From assembly GCA_963665275.2 (NCBI GenBank), contig CAXXIN010000016.1, positions 128,001 to 192,000 of the forward strand: DNA of 64,000 nt, read 5' to 3'. Position numbers and translations under genes: made by a program. A model generated the notes under the pieces. The model did not search any database. It was not told the origin of the DNA and saw only the letters and a program-made list of their open reading frames with translations. This document shows, piece by piece, positions 39,381 to 49,923 of this stretch. This stretch comes from Negativicutes bacterium. GTDB taxonomy: Bacteria; Bacillota; Negativicutes; UBA1444. The number at the start of each line of letters is the position of its first letter. Position 1 is the first letter of the stretch.

Positions 39381-40457
39381 ATGTTGCGATTTCGAAAGTG
39401 GGCAGCAATGCTGCTTTTGGTGTGGATAAGCTCTTTCACAGTGCTAGCTTCTGCGGCGCCTGCCGAAACTGAGGTCAAGATTGGCGGCGTTCGTTGGAGC
39501 CGTACGACGGATGCGATAACCGGTTTGATCAATGTCCGTCTGATCATCGAGACCAGTGGGCCGGTAGAAGTGGATCCGTTCATTACAAGAGTTCCGAATT
39601 GGAGGCTTGTTCTGACGCTTGGCGGAGTGAAGGCTGACAACCTTGCGATTCCTCCATCACCGGATATCTCCGTTGTGTCGAAAGCGAGCGTGGTCAAGTC
39701 GGCGACGAATAGTACGCACGTTATCATTGATTTCCCTGGGGAGTTAAAAAAAGATCAATATAAGATCAGCACGGTTCCGGCTGATTCGAAAAATAAGAAG
39801 CCATTCCAGATTATCATTGACATGCAGAAAATTGTGAAGCCTGGTGAACTGAATTTTCTTCCTGGATTGAAGGGCAAGGTTGTTGTAGTTGATCCTGGGC
39901 ACGGTGGCTCGGATCCCGGGGCTATCGGCCCGAGGGGCACCCGTGAAAAACAGTTGAATCTGAGTTTGGCGATGCAGGTCAAAGCGGATCTGGAAAAAGC
40001 CGGCGCCAAGGTTTTGATGACACGCGAGACCGATATTGATGTGTTTGGCCCAAAGGCAACCGATCGTGAGGAACTGTGGGCACGGGTGAAAGTTGCCAAT
40101 TTCAATCAAGCTGATCTTTTCATCAGTATCCACCACAATTCATCCGCCAATCGCGATGCTCGAGGAACTTCGACCTATTATTACCAGAAAACAACCTATG
40201 ACGCGATGTTGGCCCAGGATATCCAAAAAGAGATGCTGCAGGCAGGCGGATTGCCTAATGTCGGGGTGCGGCCAGCCAATTTCTTCGTGGTGAAAAATGC
40301 AACGATGCCAGCGGCTCTGCTGGAAGTCGGCTTCATATCCAACCCGCAGGAAGAACAAGTTCTGGGGAACGGTACTTTTCAGCAAAAAATGTCGCAAGCT
40401 ATCGTAGTTGGAATCAACCAGTTTTTTGGCCAAGTGGGGAAGACAATGGGCGAATAA
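39381..40457 (+). CDS. N-acetylmuramoyl-L-alanine amidase (AMIN-like plus Amidase_3)
   Basis: Signal peptide; DPGHGG, E, SIHHN, LLEVGFISN. Confidence 0.9.
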   Translation: MLRFRKWAAMLLLVWISSFTVLASAAPAETEVKIGGVRWSRTTDAITGLINVRLIIETSGPVEVDPFITRVPNWRLVLTLGGVKADNLAIPPSPDISVVSKASVVKSATNSTHVIIDFPGELKKDQYKISTVPADSKNKKPFQIIIDMQKIVKPGELNFLPGLKGKVVVVDPGHGGSDPGAIGPRGTREKQLNLSLAMQVKADLEKAGAKVLMTRETDIDVFGPKATDREELWARVKVANFNQADLFISIHHNSSANRDARGTSTYYYQKTTYDAMLAQDIQKEMLQAGGLPNVGVRPANFFVVKNATMPAALLEVGFISNPQEEQVLGNGTFQQKMSQAIVVGINQFFGQVGKTMGE

Positions 40458-40669
40458 TTGGGCATGCCTCATTACTAATGAGACATGTATGAAGAAGGCC
40501 GAAAGGACAGCACTCTGTAGCGTTTGCAGTAAAGAATGGCTCCGAGAGGTCCGGGCGCGGCATAAACCGAAAGTATTGCATATATTTTTTTTGATGATAT
40601 AATAAATAACGCTGGCGAATAAAATGATGTTTTGTTTTATGCCCAGACAAGCTTGCTTTTAGCCATAGC

Positions 40670-40746
40670 GCGCCCGTAGCTCAGGTGGATAGAGCAGCGG
40701 TTTCCTAAACCGCGTGCCGGTGGTTCGAGTCCTCCCGGGCGCACCA
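40670..40746 (+). tRNA. tRNA-Arg(CCT)
   Basis: GCGCCCG/CGGGCGC stem, anticodon arm GCGGT-TT-CCT-AA-ACCGC, CCA. Confidence 0.95.
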
Positions 40747-40774
40747 GAAATTTTGCTAAAGTGGTGGCCGGGCC

Positions 40775-41245
40775 GTGAACGATTTTGATTTTATGGGATT
40801 GGCATTGGATCAAGCCCGACAGGCTGCTGCGGCGGGAGAAGTTCCCATCGGAGCTGTTTTGGTTCTTGATGGTGAAGTCATTGCTCAAGCCTACAATCTT
40901 CGTGAAACTGACCAAGATGCTACTGCGCACGCCGAGATGCTCGTGATCCGGGACGCTTGCCGGAAATTGGGCCGATGGCGCTTATCTGGCGCCACGATTT
41001 TTGTAACGATTGAGCCATGTCCCATGTGCGCGGGAGCCTTGGTAATGAGCCGGGTTAAACGTTTGGTTTACGGAAGTCCCGATTTTCGCGCTGGCGCCGT
41101 TGAGTCTATATTTAATATTGTTCAGCATCCTGCGTTGAACCATCGACTATTGGTAACTGCGGGAGTACGGCAGGAAGAGTGCGCTGCAGTAATGCAGGCT
41201 TTTTTTCGCGAAAGACGCCGTTCTGCGGCAGCAGACAATGCTTGA
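40775..41245 (+). CDS. tadA: tRNA adenosine(34) deaminase
   Basis: EVPIGAV, HAEM, EPCPMCAGA. Confidence 0.95.
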   Translation: MNDFDFMGLALDQARQAAAAGEVPIGAVLVLDGEVIAQAYNLRETDQDATAHAEMLVIRDACRKLGRWRLSGATIFVTIEPCPMCAGALVMSRVKRLVYGSPDFRAGAVESIFNIVQHPALNHRLLVTAGVRQEECAAVMQAFFRERRRSAAADNA

Positions 41246-41256
41246 CAGGAATCAGT

Positions 41257-41344
<88 letters not shown>

Positions 41345-41389
41345 ATTAACTTGAATTAATTTCATAACCGTTTTTGTAGGTTTCAACAC

Positions 41390-41479
41390 GGAGAGTTGTC
41401 CGAGCGGCCGAAGGAGCACGACTGGAAATCGTGTAGGCGTGAAAGCGTCTCGAGGGTTCAAATCCCTCACTCTCCGCCA
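41390..41479 (+). tRNA. tRNA-Ser(GGA)
   Basis: Anticodon arm CACGA-CT-GGA-AA-TCGTG, long variable arm, CCA. Confidence 0.96.
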
Positions 41480-41713
41480 TATATTTAGGTAATCAAGGGG
41501 TTTTGCCAGAAATGGCGAGGCCTCTTGTCTTTTATCAGGGATGAATGGCATCCTACGATAAGATATTGATATATTTTGATGCGGTTCAACCTGTCATCGA
41601 CCTTCAACTCTGATCTATGGAATGGGGCAGGCGTGAAAGGCGGCAGGAGATGTTATGTGTAGCGTAGAAACAATTCAATTATTACAAGGATTAAACTAAA
41701 TGAGGGTGATAGT

Positions 41714-43048
41714 GTGAAGTCCATTGTTAAGTTTCTGGTTTTTGGGATGATACTGTTGATTCCGCTGAGTGTTTCAGCTGGGGTAAAGGAAGATTACGAG
41801 TACTCGCAGAAGATGCGTTTGGCGGCAGCCGCCTGTCTCGGCTCTTACAGCAACCCGAATGGCCAACTGATTACTGAGCTTGCCAAACGGGAGGGCTGGA
41901 AGGTTGAAAAGTTCGAAAAAGTCGAGGACCATGCAGATGTTCAATATATGCTGTTGAATAATGAACAATTCGCTGCGGGACGTCATGTTTATTTGTTGGC
42001 TGTGGCCGGCACCGAAACCAATCAGGATCTCAAAGTCGACCTTCGGGTTAAAAAGGTCTATTTTGACGGGGCTACACGGGAAGAATTCGCCGCAAATGCT
42101 GAGCGGCAGGATGTTCCGCCTAACGCGCCCAGAGTGCACGAGGGGTTCAACCAGGTGACGCAGATACTCCTATCTGTGGAACTGGAACAGGCTCAAGGTG
42201 AGGACGCTGGCCAAAAGAAGCTGCTGACGACGCTTTTGCTGGAAAATCCGGACGCCAAGGTCTTTCTCACAGGACACAGCCTGGGCGGCGCCGCAGTGAC
42301 TTTGCTTGCGGCTCGTATGTTGGAAATGGGCGTGCGCCCAGAACAGATTGAAGTCGTTACCTTTGGAGCTCCTACGGCAGGTAACGAAGCCTTTGTGAAA
42401 AAATATACCGGCAAATTCGCACTGACCCCGGTTGTTGTGGAAGGCGATCCTATTCCCGTAGCGCTACGCAGGGTTTACGGCGGCTATCGCGAGCTTGGGC
42501 AAAAGGTCGTTTGGAATGTCCCGGCTGCCTTAATGGTTTACTCGCGGCACGATATGACGGTATATCTGGATCTGGCGATCAAAAAATATCTGACAGCCAT
42601 GCGCCAGGCGGAATTCGCCGGAGTGCTACCGATTGCCGAACCGATCCAAGGGCAACCGCGTCTGTATGTGGCGCCGATCCTCGATAGCCTCCCCAATGAA
42701 CTGCAAGGGGAATGGACCTATATGCGGAATGTGCTGCTGCAACGGTATGAGCATATCTCGCCCGGGTTCGTCCTTGACCCCGGAGCTGCCTTCGACAAGA
42801 CTACCAGGGACAAAGCTTTGGCAGCTGGATGTGAGTTGATGGTAGTGCCGGAAATCAAGGCGACGAAATACCAAAACGACTTTTATACGATTACCCTGCA
42901 ACAGAAGGTTTACAGAGTTAAAGACGGCGAACTTGTCAGTGAAGGAACTTACAGCAGCAACACGTTGGAGCTTACGCCGATGGAGGCGATGATCTTCCAA
43001 GCCAGGGCCATGGATAACGAAAGCGGGGCCTGGATAAATCCGAAATAA
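41714..43048 (+). CDS. Secreted class-3 lipase-family alpha/beta hydrolase with extra C-terminal domain
   Basis: Signal peptide; VHEGF, TGHSLGG, TFGAP, DPIP. Confidence 0.82.
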   Translation: MKSIVKFLVFGMILLIPLSVSAGVKEDYEYSQKMRLAAAACLGSYSNPNGQLITELAKREGWKVEKFEKVEDHADVQYMLLNNEQFAAGRHVYLLAVAGTETNQDLKVDLRVKKVYFDGATREEFAANAERQDVPPNAPRVHEGFNQVTQILLSVELEQAQGEDAGQKKLLTTLLLENPDAKVFLTGHSLGGAAVTLLAARMLEMGVRPEQIEVVTFGAPTAGNEAFVKKYTGKFALTPVVVEGDPIPVALRRVYGGYRELGQKVVWNVPAALMVYSRHDMTVYLDLAIKKYLTAMRQAEFAGVLPIAEPIQGQPRLYVAPILDSLPNELQGEWTYMRNVLLQRYEHISPGFVLDPGAAFDKTTRDKALAAGCELMVVPEIKATKYQNDFYTITLQQKVYRVKDGELVSEGTYSSNTLELTPMEAMIFQARAMDNESGAWINPK

Positions 43049-43107
43049 AAGTAAACTCCTTCAAGTTTGCGAAGCCGAATCTATGAAGCCGGCATAAATA
43101 TAACCAG

Positions 43108-43151
43108 TCAACAAAAGGCTTCCGACGAAATTGTCGGAAGCCTTTTGTTGA
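43108..43151 (+). terminator. Intrinsic terminator
   Basis: Perfect 19-bp inverted repeat TCAACAAAAGGCTTCCGAC/GTCGGAAGCCTTTTGTTGA. Confidence 0.8.
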
Positions 43152-43342
43152 TTTGGGAAGCAAAAAAATAATGTGCTTGCTTAATTGGTGCGGCGATACT
43201 TCGGTGCAATCCACGATTGCCAACTACCACCGAAATAAAGGAAATAAGCCGAGCGGTGTCTAATCAGTTTTATTAGAGTCATTGTCCGGCACACGGCGCG
43301 TTTGTTCGCATGGCGCCAACGACGACAGAGGAGGAACCTGAC

Positions 43343-44944
43343 ATGCCAGCCTTGCTGCGTCACCCTGTAACCATATTGTTATTGGCACTCTGCATTTTAG
43401 GATTTTCGGGGAGCCCCGTTGGCGCGGAGGACTTTTTGCCAGCCAGAGGACCGGCTACAGTCAGTTTTAACAATCAGGCCCTTTTTATACTGACTCCGGT
43501 TACCGAAAACTACACTGCGGAAGAAAGGGCCCGCATCATTGAGGACAGAATTCGGGATATTATCGAGGAACTGCATGATTCAAAACCCGACTACCAGTTG
43601 GTTGATATTCCGGGTGCAACCAGGGTTCTGATTGGTGACAAACTGCTCATGGTTGTCAACGACGAAGATGCCCAGACCGAAAAAATGCCCCGACGTATGT
43701 TGGCGGAAAAACGTGCGCAGCTGGTAGAAAAGGCAATTCGGCGGTATCAGGACGAATATCAGCAAAAAAGTGTTTTGTTCCGCGTGGGCATTGCCGTTGT
43801 TACAACCGTAATTTTCGTTTTCCTGTGGCGGTTCTTAGGATGGCTGTTTCACCGCTTGGATGGGGTCCTGCAGTCCCGGCAAGCCCGAGCACTCCCTGTA
43901 TTAAAGATTCTCCTGCTTTCGGAACAGCTTGCGAAGTCATTCTTGAAAAATGTTCCCCGGGTTTCCCTGTGGTTCATCCGGATGTTGCTCTTGTACAGTT
44001 ATACCTTTGTGCTATTAAAAATTTCTCCCAGAACACGGGAATATTCTGACCAAATTTTGTCTTACTTCTGGCGCCCCCTCACCGATGTTGCGGCTTTCCT
44101 GTTCGAAATTCTGCCGGATCTGGCCACCATCCTGGTTATCTTGGTCATTTTTTGGTATATATTAGGATTTATACGGTTTATCTGCAAGGAAATTGAAAAA
44201 GGCAAACTCACATTGGGTAGCTTTCATCCGGAGTGGGTTGCCCCAACCTATGCATTGATCCGAATTCTGGTCATTGCGCTCGCCGTCATTGCCATATTCC
44301 CCTATATACCCGGTTCCCACTCACCCGTATTCCAGGGAATGTCCGTTTTTTTAGGACTGTTGTTTTCTGTTTCCTCTTCCTCCGCGCTTTCAAACATTGT
44401 GGCAGGCTACGTGCTTATCTATACCCGGGCCTTTAAAGAGGGGGATGTCATCCGCGTCGGTGAGTACAGCGGAATCGTTGAACACCAGGCACTGCTGGCC
44501 ACTCGCGTCCTGACCTTCAAGAACGAGTCGGTAACTGTGCCCAACTCTTTGATTCTGAGCGGTTCCATCATGAACTTCAGCGCGCATATTCATGGCCAGG
44601 AAAAAGGTCTTACACTTCATACCACTGTCACCATTGGTTATGACGCGCCCTGGCGCAAGGTTCACGAACTGTTGAAACTTGCTGCAGACCGCACTGAAAA
44701 CGTTCTGAAGGATCCGCCTCCTTTTGTGCTGCAGACCGCACTGAATGATTTTTACGTTGCCTACGAATTGAACGCTTTCACTCGCGTGCCGGAGAAAATA
44801 CCTGCCCTCTATTCGGATCTGCACCGTAACATTCAGGATTGTTTCAACGAAGGCGGCGTTGAAATCATGTCGCCGCATTATACCGCCTTCCGCAACGGCA
44901 ACCAAACCACCATTCCGGAGAGTTATCATCCGGGCGAACATTGA
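43343..44944 (+). CDS. MscS-family mechanosensitive channel with periplasmic N-terminal domain
   Basis: SNIVAG, FKEGDVI, VPNS, IGYDAPW, EIMSPHY; GAGGAGG RBS. Confidence 0.88.
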   Translation: MPALLRHPVTILLLALCILGFSGSPVGAEDFLPARGPATVSFNNQALFILTPVTENYTAEERARIIEDRIRDIIEELHDSKPDYQLVDIPGATRVLIGDKLLMVVNDEDAQTEKMPRRMLAEKRAQLVEKAIRRYQDEYQQKSVLFRVGIAVVTTVIFVFLWRFLGWLFHRLDGVLQSRQARALPVLKILLLSEQLAKSFLKNVPRVSLWFIRMLLLYSYTFVLLKISPRTREYSDQILSYFWRPLTDVAAFLFEILPDLATILVILVIFWYILGFIRFICKEIEKGKLTLGSFHPEWVAPTYALIRILVIALAVIAIFPYIPGSHSPVFQGMSVFLGLLFSVSSSSALSNIVAGYVLIYTRAFKEGDVIRVGEYSGIVEHQALLATRVLTFKNESVTVPNSLILSGSIMNFSAHIHGQEKGLTLHTTVTIGYDAPWRKVHELLKLAADRTENVLKDPPPFVLQTALNDFYVAYELNAFTRVPEKIPALYSDLHRNIQDCFNEGGVEIMSPHYTAFRNGNQTTIPESYHPGEH

Positions 44945-44978
44945 CTTTGTTTGCGGCGAGGGAAATCTGCGCCCATCA

Positions 44979-46712
44979 CTATTCAAGGGGTTTCTTGGTG
45001 CTATGGAGGGAATCTGACCATTCATTCAAGTGACGATGCGCTACCTCGCGTCCGCCCAGGCCGAAAGCCAAGGCTGCCGCAACCGCGACCGCTCCAAGCA
45101 GCAGCCCGAATGCCAGGTTGATGATATCGTTGGCGATTCCCATTTCACGCAGCGCCATGGCCGCAGACAAGACAAGAATGGCTGCGCGTGCAGAGTTCGC
45201 CAGTAAAGGCGCATTGGGCATTCCCCCGCTGAGGATGGCGCGGTTGGCCCAGTTGGCCAGATAGAGGCCCAATGCGAAAATGACGACGCCGAGGAGGACT
45301 TGCGCCGCAAAGACGGTGAATTTGGCCGATAAATCGGCTAGCAGTGAAAACCCCAGTACATGGGCGGTTTCCATAATCGCCAACAGCATGATCCCGAAAA
45401 GAACCAGCATCCCGACTACACGAGATGGGGGATAATCTTTGGACGCCGTCGACATGTTACCCTGTTTTTGCCAAAACTCATCAAGGCCGAACCCGGCTAG
45501 GAGTCCTGACACCAGCTGCGCCAAAAACCGGCCGCATAGGTAGGATATAACGATGAGGAGCGACGCTGCGAAAAGGTTGGGCAAGAACTCCAGCATCTTT
45601 CCGATCATCGCATTGACAGGGGTCAGCAGGCCCTGCAGGGAAAGCGTTTCCAATATTGCAGGCAGGAAGAGAAGCCAAGTCAGGGCATATAAGATGTCGC
45701 TTGCGGTTTTGGCCATGGACAGTTGATTTGTGTAGGCGGATACCTTGTCGTCCAGTCCGGAGGCACGAAGCAAACTGAAACTGAGAGACCGGACGAGGCG
45801 GGCGACTAGGCAGGCGACCAGCAGAATCAGAATGGCTCCAGCCAAATTCGGCAGGAATGACAGCAGTTTTCCGACCATTCCGTTTACCGGCGCCAAAAGA
45901 CCGCCCAGGGATAGCGCGTCGAGAATACCAGGCAGGAAGAAAAGAAATACCAAACCAAAAACAATGTTGCCGATCGTGTGACTGATGGACGTTGTCAATT
46001 CGCCCAAGCCCAGTCGCTGATTGAGATCAATGGCATCGAGTCCCGTAATCGTCAATTTGCGGAGCACCTCGGCCACAATCCAGGCAATGATGACCAAGAG
46101 GACAACGCCGACAAGGTTCGGCAGAAAAGCAAGTAGCTTGGTTATCAAGGCGTTTACAGGGTTGAGAAGTCCCTGAAGTGCCAACGCATCAAGAATAGCC
46201 GGCAAGAAAAAGAGAAAGACCAGCCCGAATACTATATCACTCAAAGATTTGGACAGAGAGATGTTGGGGATGTGCTGTGCAGCCTTCTGATCAATTTGCA
46301 GAGAAGTGAGCAATCCGTAAGTTCCCATTCTCAGCATTTTGGCAACGAGCCAGGCGACAAGAATTAACACTACGGCGCCCAGAAAGCGCGTTGAATAGAC
46401 AAGGATGCTTCCAAGCAAAAGTTTGATGGGCTCAACCAAAAGGGTCAGGTGGAACAACTCCAACAGGGCCATCAGGACAAACAAAAGAATCAGATAATAC
46501 ACAATACTGGCGATAAAATCAGTAACCCGTAGTGGCTGACTTTCGGAACACCCACCTATTTTTCCCAGGTATTCATTTAGTTTGATCCGGGATAGCAGAG
46601 TACGAGTGAGGTTTTTTAATACGCCGGCAATGAAGATACCAACGATAATGATCACGAGGGCCCCTAAAACGGTTGGAAGAAGTTCTCCCCACGGCTTGAG
46701 CAACTCGGACAT
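44979..46712 (-). CDS. Multi-pass membrane protein with repeated TM-helix (CmpX-like) units
   Basis: Three ~90-aa repeats (FLPAILDALxLxGLLxPVN..KLLxFLPNL); C-terminal ALAFGLGGRE. Confidence 0.82.
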   Translation of the reverse strand: MSELLKPWGELLPTVLGALVIIIVGIFIAGVLKNLTRTLLSRIKLNEYLGKIGGCSESQPLRVTDFIASIVYYLILLFVLMALLELFHLTLLVEPIKLLLGSILVYSTRFLGAVVLILVAWLVAKMLRMGTYGLLTSLQIDQKAAQHIPNISLSKSLSDIVFGLVFLFFLPAILDALALQGLLNPVNALITKLLAFLPNLVGVVLLVIIAWIVAEVLRKLTITGLDAIDLNQRLGLGELTTSISHTIGNIVFGLVFLFFLPGILDALSLGGLLAPVNGMVGKLLSFLPNLAGAILILLVACLVARLVRSLSFSLLRASGLDDKVSAYTNQLSMAKTASDILYALTWLLFLPAILETLSLQGLLTPVNAMIGKMLEFLPNLFAASLLIVISYLCGRFLAQLVSGLLAGFGLDEFWQKQGNMSTASKDYPPSRVVGMLVLFGIMLLAIMETAHVLGFSLLADLSAKFTVFAAQVLLGVVIFALGLYLANWANRAILSGGMPNAPLLANSARAAILVLSAAMALREMGIANDIINLAFGLLLGAVAVAAALAFGLGGREVAHRHLNEWSDSLHSTKKPLE

Positions 46713-46990
46713 GCAAAAACACCTCCCTAATATGATGTGGCGAGGTTTCCGGGTAAAGGGTGAAAATGGGGGCTGTTACTAATATTGTATGCCCATATTT
46801 TGCTCATTACAACGATGGGCAGGCGCTGGGAAGTAACGCCAGAATGACAGGAAAAACAAGGGATGGAGCCTTTCCGGGGATGGCTGCATTACTGTGAATA
46901 AAAAAAATCGGCTAAGTTTATCCGATGATGATAATACATAATATATGGGCTGCGGAACAATAGTGGCTAAGCTAAGCCGATGAGCGTGCC

Positions 46991-47019
46991 TTGACTCCGT
47001 TGCAGATAGCTGTTAAAAT
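46991..47019 (+). promoter_or_regulatory. sigma-A promoter of SRP RNA
   Basis: TTGACT-N17-TAAAAT with TG extension. Confidence 0.7.
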
Positions 47020-47043
47020 TTATTGCAATCACTATTTGGTGAA

Positions 47044-47203
47044 GTTTGCAGGGTCGGACCACGGTATGCCGTGGGTCGGGTCTTACGCAATGAAGACTTG
47101 TGAACCCCGCCAGGTCCGGAAGGAAGCAACGGTAAACGAGCCCCTTCATGTGCCGTAAGGGTGCCGGATTCCGCCGGCATACCGTGGTCCGACCCTTGTA
47201 AAC
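47044..47203 (+). ncRNA. ffs: Signal recognition particle RNA
   Basis: Domain IV GAACCCCGCCAGGTCCGGAAGGAAGCAACGG inside a long hairpin; canonical position upstream of dnaX. Confidence 0.92.
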
Positions 47204-47206
47204 GTC

Positions 47207-47234
47207 AAAAGACAGCAACAGCTGTCTTTTTTTT
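47207..47234 (+). terminator. Terminator of SRP RNA
   Basis: AAAAGACAGC-AACA-GCTGTCTTTTTTTT. Confidence 0.8.
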
Positions 47235-47300
47235 GATCCCGCGCAGGGAATTTCTATTGATGTGTAGAAACCTATCAGGTGCGGAAAGGGGGTGGATGTC

Positions 47301-48962
47301 ATGGCGTATAAAGCACTTTATCGGCAGTGGCGGCCACAGGACTTCGAAGGACTGATCGGTCAGGAACATGTTAGCGTTACCTTAAAGAATGCGATTCTTT
47401 CGGGCCGCATTTCACACGCATATTTGTTCACAGGCCCGCGGGGCACCGGCAAGACCAGCACTGCTAAAGTGCTGGCGAAGGCGCTGAACTGCGAAACAGG
47501 GCCGACGGCAACTCCCTGCAATCACTGTCGCTCCTGCGACCTCGTTAATGATGGGACAGCGATGGATGTCTATGAGATCGATGCCGCCTCCAATCGAGGT
47601 ATTGACGAAATCCGCGACCTGCGTGAAAACGTCAAGTTTTCTCCCGCACAGTCCCGGTACAAGATTTATATTATTGATGAAGTTCACATGCTGACGAACG
47701 AAGCGTTCAATGCTTTGCTGAAAACACTGGAAGAACCGCCCGCGCATGTCGTATTCGTGTTGGCGACCACAGAACCGCATCGGATTCCGGCGACCATTCT
47801 GTCACGGTGCCAGCGTTACGATTTCCGACGGGTCGGCCTTCGCGATCTGACAGACCATCTTGCGCACATTGCCCGCGAGTCCGGCATTGCTGCCACGCAG
47901 GAAGCGCTCCGGCTCATCGCGCTGCAATCCGACGGCGGCGTGCGGGATGCAGTAAGTATCTTGGATCAGTGCAGCGTTCTGGGCAATGACGGAGTAACGG
48001 AGACAGAAGTCCGTGAATTGCTCGGGCTGGTGGGTAGGGAAGCTGTGTATGCCTTGTTCGGCGCCGTGGCGGAACAGGACGGCGCGAAAGCTCTGGCCGT
48101 ACTGGAAGAGCAGATGGTCCTGGGGAAGGATGCACGGCAACTATTGATCGAATTGGCGGGCTATTGCCGCAGCTTGATGCTGTACCGCGCCGCGCCCAAC
48201 CTCGACAGTCCGGTTCTGGCCGCTTTCAGCCAGGAACGGCTGGCCGCGGACAGCGGCCGGTTGGAGCATCCCCAGCTGGTGCGGCTGGTGGAGCTGTTTT
48301 ATGAATCGGCCAACGATGCCCGATGGTCGATAGATCCCCGGATTACAGCCGAGATGGCGCTGTTGACGGCGTGCACGCGTGTAAAGGAAGCCCCGGCGGT
48401 GCAGGTGATAACGCCGACATTTCAAACCGCGCCCAAGGCTGAATCCAAAGTGGAGTTCAGAAACGAACCGAAAGAACCGTTCAAGCCAGTCGCGTCGCGC
48501 GTAGTTTCCGCCGCAATTCCGGTGCAGAATACACAGCCGACTCCAGCTGTGATTTCGGGTGATTCCGGTACTGCCAGTTCTTTGAGCGACCAGGATCTCG
48601 ATCGGGCGATGGAAGAGATGTTGAAGCGGGTGGAGCAGGCCGGTAAGCGATCTGTCAAGGCGTTGCTGGAGGATGCAAAAGTCGCAGGACATGCAGGCGG
48701 GGTCGTGACCTTGCTTTTCCAACGTGAGACGATCAGGGAACGAGTGGAAAAGGATGATATACGCAAGTGGCTGGAGGAATTGATGAGTCAGGCGCTGAAC
48801 ACCTCCATCCGGCTTCATTGCACCACGGTGCGTCCGGCAGGTCGGGTTAAAGGCAACACGCCGCCGACGAAACCGGACAAAGAGGAAATCCCCGCGGCAG
48901 TGCTGAAAATGCAGCAGATGTTTGGCGGGAAGATCACCAAGATAGAGGAGGAAGAACAATAA
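47301..48962 (+). CDS. dnaX: DNA polymerase III subunit gamma/tau
   Basis: YRQWRPQ, GPRGTGKT, EIDAASN, IIDEVHML, SRCQ. Confidence 0.97.
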   Translation: MAYKALYRQWRPQDFEGLIGQEHVSVTLKNAILSGRISHAYLFTGPRGTGKTSTAKVLAKALNCETGPTATPCNHCRSCDLVNDGTAMDVYEIDAASNRGIDEIRDLRENVKFSPAQSRYKIYIIDEVHMLTNEAFNALLKTLEEPPAHVVFVLATTEPHRIPATILSRCQRYDFRRVGLRDLTDHLAHIARESGIAATQEALRLIALQSDGGVRDAVSILDQCSVLGNDGVTETEVRELLGLVGREAVYALFGAVAEQDGAKALAVLEEQMVLGKDARQLLIELAGYCRSLMLYRAAPNLDSPVLAAFSQERLAADSGRLEHPQLVRLVELFYESANDARWSIDPRITAEMALLTACTRVKEAPAVQVITPTFQTAPKAESKVEFRNEPKEPFKPVASRVVSAAIPVQNTQPTPAVISGDSGTASSLSDQDLDRAMEEMLKRVEQAGKRSVKALLEDAKVAGHAGGVVTLLFQRETIRERVEKDDIRKWLEELMSQALNTSIRLHCTTVRPAGRVKGNTPPTKPDKEEIPAAVLKMQQMFGGKITKIEEEEQ

Positions 48963-49291
48963 TGTTTGGTGGAAACGCGGGGAATATGGCCGGGATGATG
49001 AAGAAAGTCCAGAAGATGCAGGCCGATATGGAAAAGATGCAGGAAGAACTGAAGCAGAGAACCCTGGAAGTTACCGCTGGCGGCGGCGCAATCAAAGTGG
49101 TGATTTCAGGCGCCAAGGAAATTCGTTCGCTGAAGATCAACCCGGAAGCGATCGACCCAGAGGATGTCGAGATGTTGGAAGACATGCTGATCGCTGTTTT
49201 CAATGAAGCGGTCAAGAAAGTCGATGAGATGACGTCGACCGAGATGGGTAAAATAACGGGCGGCATGAACTTGCCCAAAGGCATGTTCTAG
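48962..49291 (+). CDS. ybaB: YbaB/EbfC nucleoid-associated protein
   Basis: [19 protein letters not shown]; dnaX-recR synteny. Confidence 0.93.
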   Translation: MFGGNAGNMAGMMKKVQKMQADMEKMQEELKQRTLEVTAGGGAIKVVISGAKEIRSLKINPEAIDPEDVEMLEDMLIAVFNEAVKKVDEMTSTEMGKITGGMNLPKGMF

Positions 49292-49295
49292 CCTA

Positions 49296-49907
49296 ATGAT
49301 GCCCCTTCCTTTGGCACAACTCATGGAGCATTTTCGCCGGTTGCCGGGAATCGGACCCAAAACCGCAGCGCGGTTGGCTTACCACGTGCTCGGTATGGAG
49401 CGGGAACGCGCGCTGGCATTGGCCCATTCAATCATTGAAGCCAAAGACAAAATTTCCTATTGCTCAGTGTGCTTCAGTCTTACAGATACGGATCCCTGTT
49501 CCATCTGCCGTTCTGAAACTCGTGATCATAGCGTGATTTGCGTGGTCGAAGAGCCCCGAGACGTCGCAGCGATGGAACGGACGCGCGGTCATGAACGAAA
49601 CCGCGGCTATCAGGGAACTTATCATGTTTTGCAGGGGGTTTTGTCACCGCTTGACGGAATCGGTCCGGAAAATATTCGGATCAGGGAGCTGGTTGAGCGC
49701 ATCCAGTCCAACGTTGTGAGGGAGGTCATCATGGCGACGAATCCCAATCTGGAAGGCGAAGTCACTGCGACCTATGTAGCCCGTCTTCTCAAGCCGCTTG
49801 GGATTCAGGTCACCCGTATTGCTCGCGGATTGCCGACAGGCGGGGACTTGGAATATGCTGACGAAGAGACTTTGGCCAGAGCCTTGGAGAATCGACGAGA
49901 AATCTAG
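49296..49907 (+). CDS. recR: Recombination mediator RecR
   Basis: [10 protein letters not shown]4 Zn finger, Toprim domain, GGDLEYAD. Confidence 0.96.
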   Translation: MMPLPLAQLMEHFRRLPGIGPKTAARLAYHVLGMERERALALAHSIIEAKDKISYCSVCFSLTDTDPCSICRSETRDHSVICVVEEPRDVAAMERTRGHERNRGYQGTYHVLQGVLSPLDGIGPENIRIRELVERIQSNVVREVIMATNPNLEGEVTATYVARLLKPLGIQVTRIARGLPTGGDLEYADEETLARALENRREI

Positions 49908-49923
49908 AGAGAAGGGATAGCAA

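Noticed and set aside
40460-40580. Short hairpins with GNRA-like loops after the amidase gene
   Set aside because: No coherent fold, promoter or known RNA motif that I could support
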